The notes: generated by a model from the sequence alone, not told the origin. A stretch of DNA of 64,000 bases from an uncultured delta proteobacterium (GCA_963695875.1 CAVOID010000007.1:110877-174876), one strand, 5' to 3'; positions 22,317-31,302 are shown, counted from the first letter of the stretch. A program made the numbers and translations.

Positions 22317-22336
22317 TTTTACAATACTTTTACAAT
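22317..22336. promoter_or_regulatory. Candidate OmpR/PhoB-family binding site
   Basis: Perfect direct repeat ttttacaat-ac-ttttacaat (11-bp period) between divergent radical SAM and kinase genes. Confidence 0.55.
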
Positions 22337-22404
22337 GCGGGAAATTTTGATATAAGGAAGGGCAATTGACGGGAATAAATGCATCATATAAGTTATAGGT
22401 AATT

Positions 22405-23376
22405 ATGAAACAGGCGAAATGGTTTTTCCATCCGATTTTTGTTTTCATCCTCTCAACAGTCGCCCTCGCGTGTTCCCTTTTTTTGTATATTTACTGGTAC
22501 GTCGGGATAACCGCAGGACTCAAATCGCTCGTCTATCGTTACCAACTTGATCCAAACCAATTTTTTGAGGCCAGCCCCTGGGTAGTCATCCTTGTCCTGT
22601 CATTGCTGGTCGGCGTCATCCTGGCGGGCATTCTCATCATCTTCATTTATAACCTGAAAACCCTCCAGCTCTATGGCCTGCAACAAACCTTCATTAGCAA
22701 CTTTACCCATGAGCTTAAGACCCCGGTAACCTCCCTAAAGCTTTATCTTGAGACCTTTACCAAGCACGAAATTCCTCGTGACGAGCAACTCAAATATATA
22801 AGTTTTATGCTCCAGGATGTAGAACGTCTTTCAAACAATATCAACAGTATCCTGAATCTCGCCCGCATTGAGAGCAAGGTTTATGAAGGGGAATTCACGA
22901 GCGTCGACCTTGTAGACTTGGTGCAGGGATTTATTGCAAGCAACCGCCACATTTTCCGGGAGTGTGATATCCATGTGGAGAACCCTTCAGGGAAGAAATT
23001 CTATCAGCCTGTTGTCGTATCACTGGTTGAGATGCTCCTGATGAACATTTTGACCAATGCCAAGAAATACAACAATTCAAGCAGACCTATTATCCACATC
23101 ACATTTGAGGAAAGTGAGAATATCCTGCTGATCCGCTTCCGGGACAACGGGATCGGTATCGAAAAGAAGGAAAGAAAGAAAATATTCAAGAAATTCTATC
23201 AGGGCCGAAACCACGATGAGCATGCTGTAGTCGGAGGAAGCGGCATCGGACTCTATCTTGCTCAGCAGATAGCAAAACTCCATCACGGAAAGCTCAGTGT
23301 GGACAGTGAAGGGGCATGGAAAGGATCTGTCTTCACTTTGACATTGCCCCTTCAAACCAAAAAGGAACAGCCATGA
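22405..23376 (+). CDS. Two-TM sensor histidine kinase
   Basis: Two TM helices with a short loop, NFTHELKTP, NILTNAKKY, DNGIGI, GSGIGL. Confidence 0.92.
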   Translation: MKQAKWFFHPIFVFILSTVALACSLFLYIYWYVGITAGLKSLVYRYQLDPNQFFEASPWVVILVLSLLVGVILAGILIIFIYNLKTLQLYGLQQTFISNFTHELKTPVTSLKLYLETFTKHEIPRDEQLKYISFMLQDVERLSNNINSILNLARIESKVYEGEFTSVDLVDLVQGFIASNRHIFRECDIHVENPSGKKFYQPVVVSLVEMLLMNILTNAKKYNNSSRPIIHITFEESENILLIRFRDNGIGIEKKERKKIFKKFYQGRNHDEHAVVGGSGIGLYLAQQIAKLHHGKLSVDSEGAWKGSVFTLTLPLQTKKEQP

Positions 23377-24104
23377 AAGATTTTCTACAGAAGCGCATTC
23401 TCATCATCGAGGATGATGAGCATATAGCCCAGGGGCTGCAACTGAATCTCTCCCTACAAGGGTACGAGGTATCAATCGCCGGCAACGGAACGTCGGGGCT
23501 CCGTATGTGGAAAGAGTGGAATCCCCACCTCATCGTCCTTGATATTATGCTGCCCGGTTTGGACGGTCTGTCGGTTTTGCGCCATATACGCCTGGAGGAT
23601 GAAAAGCTCCCCATCCTTATCCTTTCGGCCAAAGGGGGGCCTGATGACAGGATCAAGGGATTCTCATACGGAGTCGATGACTACCTCGCCAAACCTTTTA
23701 ACCTGGAGGAGTTTCTCATGCGTATCGAGCGTCTCATGAAGAGGTCATCCTGGAGCCGTAATGGTAAGGTCAGTGAGGGACTGGAAGGAGAAGAGAAAAA
23801 GGATGCATATGTATTTGGGGCAAACACGATTGACTTCGGAACGATGACCGCGCAGGGTGCACATGGGACGATTCATCTGACAGACCAGGAAGCGAGGTTG
23901 CTCAAGATATTTATTGCCAACCGGGGGAAACCCTTGTCACGCAAGGTCCTGCTGGAAGTGGGCTGGGGGTATTCCGGTGAGACGACGACACGCACGGTCG
24001 ATAACTTCATTGTGCGTCTGAGGAGATACTTTGAGGACGACCCGGAAAAGCCGGTCTATTTCAAGAGTATCCGCTCCATCGGGTATGTCTTCGATCACCC
24101 ATAA
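23373..24104 (+). CDS. OmpR-family response regulator
   Basis: ILIIEDD, LDIMLP, DDYLAKPF, winged helix TRTVDNFIVRLR ... GY; 4-bp overlap with the kinase gene. Confidence 0.93.
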   Translation: MKDFLQKRILIIEDDEHIAQGLQLNLSLQGYEVSIAGNGTSGLRMWKEWNPHLIVLDIMLPGLDGLSVLRHIRLEDEKLPILILSAKGGPDDRIKGFSYGVDDYLAKPFNLEEFLMRIERLMKRSSWSRNGKVSEGLEGEEKKDAYVFGANTIDFGTMTAQGAHGTIHLTDQEARLLKIFIANRGKPLSRKVLLEVGWGYSGETTTRTVDNFIVRLRRYFEDDPEKPVYFKSIRSIGYVFDHP

Positions 24105-24139
24105 CCAGACTAATCCGAACCGGAGAATTCAGCGACATT

Positions 24140-26644
24140 TTAACATCCGTTACTTCTTTCCAGCCCGAACTCCATTATCAGGGCGCCCATGGTGGCGAAG
24201 AGACCGAATAAGAATACTCTCCATAAACAAGCGATGCCGAGTTTGAAAACACTCGCGTAATCGTGAAATCCCATCGACGTCGCCAAAATCATATAGAAAA
24301 GACCTGTACAAATGCCGAAGACCGCCGCTGTCACAATCCGTTTTATCATCGGAGCGCCCCCGCATCCGGAGTTAACCATAACACCTCCGAAGAACGGCAG
24401 AGCAGCCATAAGCCACCAGATATGTCTCAGATCCGGAATGATCCCCGCATATTTGAGATACAGCATATCCGCCACAATCAATACTCCGGCCGCGCCAAGC
24501 GCGAGAACCGCCGTATGCCAGTAACGCGGCTTCATCTGCGCTCTTTTCTTCGCCCGCAGTTCCATGTGCCGGCGAATGGTCAAGGGCCAGTTGTAAAAGA
24601 GACAGAAGACACCATGTTCAAGCAAGGCGCCGCTCTCGCCGAACACCGGTACGGCATGCACAGATTCCGTGGCCCAGTGTCCGGCCATAAACCGCGCCAG
24701 CGTTGGGTATCGGTAAGTCATTTGTATGGGGAAGGCAAGATACCCGACGTACTTGAAGAAGGCCAAAAATAAGGCGACGCTGTAATCCTTAAAATTTCTT
24801 TCTCTTATCACCAGAAAAAGTACGTACAACCCGCGGGCGAGTGATCCGGGCGATACCGGTATGACCTGAAACAGGGCGAGAATCCCCAGTCCTATTGCCC
24901 AGGCCTGTGCGCGGGGCATGTCCGGGTGCGTCCATATGAAATAGACTGCGAGTGCTGTAGCAACCACGTGCGTTGTCGGCATCAGGCAGATATGAACAGC
25001 CAGACTCTTGAGGTACTTCTGGATAAACGGCTCTTTGATAGTCTTGATTATTTCATCCGCATCACTTGTGGTTATGATGCGCTTTTTCTTCCCCTGCTCT
25101 ACCATGTCGGCCAGCCATTCCTCCCGCATCTGAGCATTAAAATAAAGCTGAACGGGCCGCACGAATATAAAAGCCAATGCTGCCTTTGCATATTCCCAGC
25201 TTGTCAGGAATTTATAGAGCCCGACCGGGAGGATCGACAAAGGAAGACGCAGAAGGAAACGCCCAAGAGAATGAGCGAGAACTGGCGCTTCCTCATCAGT
25301 TATTCTACCGCCGCGATGCCATGACATCACCCGCTCCAGCCATTTGCCTTTAAGCGCTTTGATAAAATATTCCGTAGAGCTGAAACAATTTTTATAATGC
25401 TCTCGCCATTGGGCGTGACCACAGGCTTTTCGCAAAATAACGCCCAAAAACGGTATCAGGCCAAGGAGGAAGAAAGGCAGGGCAGAGGACTTGTTTTTCT
25501 GGAGCCGCTCCTGTGTCGGAGTGTCTATGGTATTCTTGATTTTCCACCCGGTAATCGCGCTGGAAAAAATGGTGGACCAGAGCTTTCCACTGTAAAGCAG
25601 TTTGATGTGATTGTGGGTGATATCGGGAAGCGAATTACGATAGATTTCTTCCGCAGCTTTCAGCTCCTCCAGCATGCCCATCATGTCTGTAAATTCATCT
25701 TTATGGGCGAGCACAAATGCTTCGAGTGTTTTAAGGTCACCACGGTCGAACTGCACGAGAGAGCCTCGGCAAATGCCTTTGAAGATCAGCGAAAAATCAC
25801 CGGGGCTCATCGGGCCAAAAGGAAGCAATGCCAGACCCGCGCGAAAATCCATGGCGACCAGGCCCGTATAAGGATCATCGTCGGTTGCATCCAACTTCAG
25901 ACAGTTTGGTTGGCTCTTGCAGGTGGACCATTCATACTGGCGCGCGAATTCGTACGCCCCCATATCGTGGAGCAATTTCACAAAATCCGCCATGAATTGT
26001 TTTTTTGTTCTGTATTCCGGAGAGCCGAGCGCTTCGGGGGGAATCTTTTTTCCTTTCTTCCAACTGCTTAAGAGCTCCATGCGGTCGTCAACCTCAAGCT
26101 GCCAGGTACGGCCTTCTACCCAGGACGTGATTTCACCACAGCTTCCTAATGTGGTATCGACAAAGATCGCGTACATATCTTTGACACATGCTTCATTTCC
26201 GAACCTGATCTTTGCGCCGCGGCGGATGAATTTCTGCCATAACGCTCCGGCCTTTGCTGCTGCGGGATTTGACTGCAACTGAAAAGGCCCTTGAAAACCG
26301 ATCCAGTAGAGCATGTTTCTGAAGAAGAGCGCCCCTGACGACGGCGGAATAAGTATCTTCATTGCATAAGATTCAGCCACCTGCAAACCAGGCAGCGTAT
26401 CCGGTTCGATGCTTAGGACTTTAACTTTGTAAACCTGTCCTGCAAAGCCGCCGCCGATAAATTTTTCTATCTGCACGCGAATGCGAGACGTCTTGTCGAA
26501 CACACCAGGCGCAACCGCGCTCGCATCATATTCCACGATATCTCCGGCACAATAGCTCTTTACGGGTAACGGCCTATGCAAGCCAAGCTGCCTGTATTCA
26601 TTTTCCAGAGTCTTACACATCTCTATCGAATAATCTTTTTTCAT
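24140..26644 (-). CDS. 834-aa membrane protein with N-terminal protein-kinase-like domain (uncharacterised)
   Basis: Intact long ORF; IGGGFAGQVY, YAMK, WVEG, LLHDMG, QPNCL, AMDFR in kinase order; several hydrophobic segments in the C-terminal half. Confidence 0.75.
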   Translation of the reverse strand: MKKDYSIEMCKTLENEYRQLGLHRPLPVKSYCAGDIVEYDASAVAPGVFDKTSRIRVQIEKFIGGGFAGQVYKVKVLSIEPDTLPGLQVAESYAMKILIPPSSGALFFRNMLYWIGFQGPFQLQSNPAAAKAGALWQKFIRRGAKIRFGNEACVKDMYAIFVDTTLGSCGEITSWVEGRTWQLEVDDRMELLSSWKKGKKIPPEALGSPEYRTKKQFMADFVKLLHDMGAYEFARQYEWSTCKSQPNCLKLDATDDDPYTGLVAMDFRAGLALLPFGPMSPGDFSLIFKGICRGSLVQFDRGDLKTLEAFVLAHKDEFTDMMGMLEELKAAEEIYRNSLPDITHNHIKLLYSGKLWSTIFSSAITGWKIKNTIDTPTQERLQKNKSSALPFFLLGLIPFLGVILRKACGHAQWREHYKNCFSSTEYFIKALKGKWLERVMSWHRGGRITDEEAPVLAHSLGRFLLRLPLSILPVGLYKFLTSWEYAKAALAFIFVRPVQLYFNAQMREEWLADMVEQGKKKRIITTSDADEIIKTIKEPFIQKYLKSLAVHICLMPTTHVVATALAVYFIWTHPDMPRAQAWAIGLGILALFQVIPVSPGSLARGLYVLFLVIRERNFKDYSVALFLAFFKYVGYLAFPIQMTYRYPTLARFMAGHWATESVHAVPVFGESGALLEHGVFCLFYNWPLTIRRHMELRAKKRAQMKPRYWHTAVLALGAAGVLIVADMLYLKYAGIIPDLRHIWWLMAALPFFGGVMVNSGCGGAPMIKRIVTAAVFGICTGLFYMILATSMGFHDYASVFKLGIACLWRVFLFGLFATMGALIMEFGLERSNGC

Positions 26645-26689
26645 AATGGCCTATGTAATATTAAAGCCGCAACAGAACGTATTAAGAAA

Positions 26690-26721
26690 TGTCATACCGG
26701 ACTTGATCCGGTATCCAGTTC
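26690..26721. repeat. Palindromic repeat copy 1 (GTCATACCGG...CCGGTATCCA)
   Basis: tgtcataccggacttgatccggtatccagttc; near-identical copy at 26846. Confidence 0.8.
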
Positions 26722-26845
26722 TTTATAAATTCCCGCTTGATGTCTTATTTCCGGAGCAATAAAGGATGTTCATTTCTGCGGGAGCAAACGAAATAGCTTT
26801 TCTCACAGATGCTCCTTCAGGTCAAGACTGCATATTCCTCTATCT

Positions 26846-26878
26846 TGTCATACCGGACTCCGATCCGGTATCTAGTTC
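26846..26878. repeat. Palindromic repeat copy 2
   Basis: tgtcataccggactccgatccggtatctagttc. Confidence 0.8.
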
Positions 26879-27181
26879 CTTTAATCCTTTCAAAGGCTTT
26901 CACAAAAAATGACTTTACGCATTTCTTCTTTAGTTATATTTTCGCTTAAATTTCAAATGCATATTGAGGACAATATTGTAACCTCCCTTTAACTCATCAA
27001 CCCAGAGGCACATGATCTAACTACTCGCAACCCCGTTTCTCCAAAGAAGAATGGGGTTCGTGTTTGTAAGGGAAAAATGATGGTAGTAACATTACCTATT
27101 GTACCTTTCTCTCCCCTGTTCTCTCTTTCCAAAAAGAATTCAGATATTGACCGGAATTTTAATTTCGAGTAGAGTTGCCCC

Positions 27182-27445
27182 ATGTTTCGGAAGGTAAATA
27201 TTTCAAAGAAATTTTCCCTGAATGAGCAAATTGTTGTTTACTCGGGAGAATGCCTGGATTTGATGAAAGCCATTCCAGACGGCACCCTTCAACTCGTCGT
27301 AACGTCTCCTCCTTACAATATTGGCAAAGAGTACGAGAAAAAACTCAATCTCCATAATTACCTGGTCCAACAGGCAGCAGTGATAAAAGGGTGCGTGAGG
27401 GCCCTTTCAGATAGGGGCTGCATTTGTTGGCAAGTTAGTAACTAA
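27182..27445 (+). pseudogene. Truncated beta-class N4/N6 DNA methyltransferase
   Basis: GECLDLM ... LVVTSPPYNIGKEY ... CICWQV then stop; only 87 aa, no SAM-binding FxGxG motif downstream in any listed frame. Confidence 0.8.
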
Positions 27446-27469
27446 TTTTTATTTTCGATCTGATGCTTT

Positions 27470-28381
27470 ATGCCAAATCCATTTAAGACATCATTCTTAG
27501 AACAATTGGCAAAACAGTATGGCAAACCAAAAAAATTATCAGGCAGTTTGTCTTTATTTGAGATTGGCGATGGTTTAGCACGTATTTATATAAGATATTC
27601 GAAGATACATAAAAGAAATCAAGCCTTTTACGGTTTGAGACATGACGATTTAAAGCAATTAGAAGGTTTCAATTCTCTTATTTGTTTTTTATGGAATAAT
27701 CAAACAGAACCTGTTTTCATCCCATTTTCTGATTTTGAAGACATATTTAATGCCTTAACACCTGCCTCAGATGGTCAATATAAAGTACAAATTTATCAGG
27801 ACGAAGGCACTGATTTATATATTGCAAATGCTGGTCGTTTCAACATAGAAGGTTTTTTCGGCTGGCATAACTTAGACAATTTGATTGATAAAAACAAACT
27901 TACAGCTCTTCCTGACTTCGGTCATTCTCAAATACAGACTTTTATTGGTTCAATAGGGGTAATAAAAGGATATGATATTTGGATGCCTCAAAATGATAGA
28001 AACAAACTGGATTGGAATTTAACAGAAAGATATGTTTGTAGAAACGATCTTCCATTAAGATACAATAAGATTGATGACATTGTTAGGGAAGTAGATGTAG
28101 TATGGATGAAGAGAGGCTCTAGTGAATTGAAAGCCTTTTTTGAGGTGGAGCATTCTACACCTATTTACTCAGGTCTATTAAGGTTTAATGATTTACACTT
28201 AATTGAACCTAATCTAAATACAAAATTCAGTATTGTATCTAACGATATAAGGCGTTCCCTTTTCCTCAGACAGATTAATCGACCTACTTTTAAGATGAGT
28301 GGACTAAGCGATGTTTGCAATTTTCTGGAATACAAAGATGTTTATAGTTGGTTTAACCGGACAAGAGGAATAGCCAAATGA
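27470..28381 (+). CDS. Putative PD-(D/E)XK-type restriction-like nuclease
   Basis: AT-rich 303-aa ORF; C-terminal VDVVW ... FEVEHST.IYSGLLRFNDL and INRPTF motifs. Confidence 0.6.
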   Translation: MPNPFKTSFLEQLAKQYGKPKKLSGSLSLFEIGDGLARIYIRYSKIHKRNQAFYGLRHDDLKQLEGFNSLICFLWNNQTEPVFIPFSDFEDIFNALTPASDGQYKVQIYQDEGTDLYIANAGRFNIEGFFGWHNLDNLIDKNKLTALPDFGHSQIQTFIGSIGVIKGYDIWMPQNDRNKLDWNLTERYVCRNDLPLRYNKIDDIVREVDVVWMKRGSSELKAFFEVEHSTPIYSGLLRFNDLHLIEPNLNTKFSIVSNDIRRSLFLRQINRPTFKMSGLSDVCNFLEYKDVYSWFNRTRGIAK

Positions 28382-28569
28382 CAAGAATATGGATTCTGAG
28401 TTTAGTAAAAAGAGGATTCCTTCAAGAACCAGAAATTTTTTACGATGAGCAGACAGCTTGTAATCGGAAGAATGTATTAATGGATGATTTGAATCCAGAT
28501 TACGATGAACTCGGTATCTTTGAGAAAACAATTTCTTTTTCGGGTATTTCAAATTTTAAACATTTATAA
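28378..28569 (+). CDS. Small hypothetical protein (63 aa)
   Basis: ATGA overlap with the nuclease stop; GAGG upstream; no recognised domain. Confidence 0.55.
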   Translation: MTRIWILSLVKRGFLQEPEIFYDEQTACNRKNVLMDDLNPDYDELGIFEKTISFSGISNFKHL

Positions 28570-28932
28570 GGGTCTGCAACCTAATGTGTGGCCGCTGTAC
28601 CTGATTTTCCCACAACTAGAACTCTGATGTGGACAAGACTATGCTTACAGTTACCAGAAAAAAGAACAGCCAGATATTTTTTCCCAGTGCAAGCGCAATG
28701 TGGAAGTTTATTGGCGCGGCGATTGAAAACAGTATGGCCGTGGAAATATACAAACAACTACAAAAAGGGAAACTGGATAACGCCGCAAATCTGACCAATG
28801 ACGAGCAACTGACTGCAGTCTGCGCATGGATATTAAATCTGTAGAAGGAAGTAAAGCACCCTGCCATAACAAGGTACTCAACTGTAAATCTGGTGGATCC
28901 CGTAGCAATAAGAATACAAGAACATAACATAG

Positions 28933-28979
28933 TTGCATTGTGCTATTAAATGATATATAATGATACAGAATGTAGCACA
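28933..28979 (+). promoter_or_regulatory. Sigma70 promoter and inverted-repeat operator of the TA pair
   Basis: TTGCAT-N17-TATAAT (28933..28961) overlapped and flanked by tgtgcta / tagcaca. Confidence 0.6.
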
Positions 28980-28999
28980 TTAAGATGGAGGAGCACGAT

Positions 29000-29218
29000 A
29001 TGGCAACAGGGGTAAGGATATCGGAAAAACTTGTAAGTGAGGCAAGAAAATTCAGCCGCATAGACCATAGGTCCCTGGCTGGTCAAATTGAACATTGGGC
29101 TCGCATGGGCAAATGTGCAGAGGAAAATCCGGATTTGACCTATTCACTCATTAAGGAAATTCTGATCGGACTGGAGGAATTGGAGCAGGGCGAGAAAACA
29201 GAATATAAATTTGGATAA
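29000..29218 (+). CDS. ParD-like antitoxin
   Basis: VRISEKL ... HRSLAGQIEHWARMGKCAEENPDL signature; GGAGGAG RBS. Confidence 0.88.
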   Translation: MATGVRISEKLVSEARKFSRIDHRSLAGQIEHWARMGKCAEENPDLTYSLIKEILIGLEELEQGEKTEYKFG

Positions 29219-29504
29219 TCCCGTGAGAATATACCAATCAAGATCCTTTGAGCAAAAAGTAAAGAAGATACCTAAACAGGAAAAACAAATATTGGATAAG
29301 GAGATACGAAGAATTGCAGATGATCCTTTGATTGGAGAGGAGAAGAAAGGAGACCTCAGGGGGGTATTTGTCCATAAGTTCAAACTTAAGACTACCCAAT
29401 ACCTTCTTGCTTATCGAAAGGTTGGAAAGGACTTGGAACTGATTATGATAGGTCCTCACGAAAACTACTATCGAGATTTGAAACAGTATCTGAAGAACCG
29501 ATAA
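29211..29504 (+). CDS. RelE/ParE-like toxin
   Basis: GEEKKGDLRGVFVHKFK ... YLLAY ... GPHENYYRDLK; overlaps the antitoxin. Confidence 0.88.
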   Translation: MDNPVRIYQSRSFEQKVKKIPKQEKQILDKEIRRIADDPLIGEEKKGDLRGVFVHKFKLKTTQYLLAYRKVGKDLELIMIGPHENYYRDLKQYLKNR

Positions 29505-29590
29505 AATGAGGCAGCAAAGGACTGCCCCAGAGGACTTTTCCACAGCAATCCAAAGCCTGCGGTAAGCTCTGACGCCAGTTGTGAAGGAAA

Positions 29591-30004
29591 GTGATCAAGT
29601 TCAGTGACATTCAAGATGCATTCTTCTTTGTAAGTTCAGCCGGATACGGCATGCACACGGCAATTCTCCGTAAAGACACAGGCCAAATCAGCTATCATTC
29701 AGAGATGGGTGATCTTGAGGAAATTGATGACGATGATCTCGATTGGGATATGTGCATAGAGATTCCCCACAAGAATGATCTCGATATGGGTCAAAGTCTC
29801 ATCTTTAAGTTTGTCGAAATGCAGTTGCCCGATGACTATCATCGTGTGCAGCAGATTTTTCGAAAACGTGGGGCGTATCGACGGTTCAAGGATTTTCTGG
29901 AAACAAAGGGACTACTGCAGATGTGGTACGACTTCGAGAGCAAACGCGAGGAACAGGCTCTGAGGCAATGGTGCTTGGAGAATAAGATAGAATTATCAGA
30001 TTAA
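29591..30004 (+). CDS. UPF0158-family protein
   Basis: AFFFVS ... IPHKNDL ... RGAYRRFKDFL ... W ... WCLEN pattern. Confidence 0.75.
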   Translation: MIKFSDIQDAFFFVSSAGYGMHTAILRKDTGQISYHSEMGDLEEIDDDDLDWDMCIEIPHKNDLDMGQSLIFKFVEMQLPDDYHRVQQIFRKRGAYRRFKDFLETKGLLQMWYDFESKREEQALRQWCLENKIELSD

Positions 30005-30026
30005 AAACCTGTTTGATTGGCCGCCG

Positions 30027-30689
30027 TTATTTTGATTGAAAAGATTCAATCCGATCCGAGAGCCAGTTGAACCAGTCTTTAAGACCGGCCGATGTCTTAC
30101 ATGAGACTTCGAATATCTTAAGCTTCAGGTTAAGGGTGAGGGCATCTTTCCTTGCCTTCACCATATCGAAGTCCACGTAGGGAAGAAGATCTATTTTGTT
30201 GATAATCATGGCCTCCGACTGCTGGAACATGAGGGGATACTTCGCCGGCTTGTCGGAACCCTCCGGGGTGCTCAGGACCATCGCCTTTATATTTTCCCCG
30301 ATTTTGAACTCAGCCGGACAGACGAGATTGCCCACATTCTCGACAATGAGAAGATCAATCGAAGTGAGATCAAGGCCCGGCAGGGCTTCACGAACCATAT
30401 TTCCATCTATATGGCACGCGCCTCCCGTATTGATCTGAACTACCGGAGTTCCCAGTCTGGCAATCCTCTCTGCGTCAGACGAGCCCTGGATGTCTCCTTC
30501 AATAACACCGATTTTATATCGGCCCTGAAGGGCCTCGATAGTCTTCTCTACAAGTGATGTTTTTCCCGCACCGGGAGAACTCATCAGATTAAGGACATAA
30601 ATCTTCTCGTTATCGAATAGCTTCCTGTTTTCTTCCGCAATCCTGTCATTGGCATCGAGGATGTTTTTTACTATGGTAATTTTGGACAA
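30027..30689 (-). CDS. hypB: Hydrogenase nickel incorporation GTPase
   Basis: SSPGAGKT, TGGACH, ENVGNLVCPAEF, KPAKYP, NKIDL. Confidence 0.95.
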   Translation of the reverse strand: MSKITIVKNILDANDRIAEENRKLFDNEKIYVLNLMSSPGAGKTSLVEKTIEALQGRYKIGVIEGDIQGSSDAERIARLGTPVVQINTGGACHIDGNMVREALPGLDLTSIDLLIVENVGNLVCPAEFKIGENIKAMVLSTPEGSDKPAKYPLMFQQSEAMIINKIDLLPYVDFDMVKARKDALTLNLKLKIFEVSCKTSAGLKDWFNWLSDRIESFQSK

Positions 30690-30712
30690 GGTAATTTCTC
30701 CTCTTACTATTT

Positions 30713-30943
30713 TCAGTATATCTCATTTTCCATGATCTCTTTTAAGAGATCCAGCTTTTCCAGGGCAAGGGCCTCATCGATCTTATGAATGGCATAGCCC
30801 GCGTGACAGATGACGTAGTCACCGATTGTGACATCCTCATCAACTATATCAAGACAAACTTCCCGCCTGGTACCGCTGATGTCAATAACGGCAAAATTGT
30901 TTTCGTCAATTGATATGATTTTTCCCGGAAATCCAAGGCACAT
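30713..30943 (-). CDS. hypC: Hydrogenase assembly chaperone
   Basis: MCLGFPG start, GDYVICHAGYAI. Confidence 0.93.
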   Translation of the reverse strand: MCLGFPGKIISIDENNFAVIDISGTRREVCLDIVDEDVTIGDYVICHAGYAIHKIDEALALEKLDLLKEIMENEIY

Positions 30944-30957
30944 ATTACTACTAACCC

Positions 30958-31302
30958 TTAATCGACGTCTATTTCAAGAAGCTGAATTGTCTCCGTGCCG
31001 CCGACGAGGAGCACTTCTGAGCCGTTGCATTGCGGACATACTGCGGCATATGTTTCCAGTTCGATATCCTTTTCACACACTAAGCAATGAATGATGATTG
31101 GTTTAATATCAAACTCAAGTAAAGCCCCTTCCGCTTTTGTACCGCTGGATTGTATTTCAAAGGTGAATGCAAGTGCCTGGGGCTCAATGCAGGACAGCCG
31201 CCCAAAAGAGAGCTTCAAGGAATTAACATTATTAAATCGATGTTCCTCTGCGTATTCTTCGATGATATCAAGTATTGAACAAATTATAGATAACTCATGC
31301 AT
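30958..31302 (-). CDS. hypA: Hydrogenase nickel metallochaperone
   Basis: MHELSI start and two CxxC motifs. Confidence 0.95.
   Translation of the reverse strand: MHELSIICSILDIIEEYAEEHRFNNVNSLKLSFGRLSCIEPQALAFTFEIQSSGTKAEGALLEFDIKPIIIHCLVCEKDIELETYAAVCPQCNGSEVLLVGGTETIQLLEIDVD

Noticed and set aside
26690..26878. CRISPR-like repeats
   Set aside because: Only two copies, 124-bp gap, no cas genes; they fit a palindromic repeat family instead.
28629..28844. 71-aa ORF in the accessory patch
   Set aside because: Weak start, no recognisable domain; may be a gene remnant but cannot be supported.
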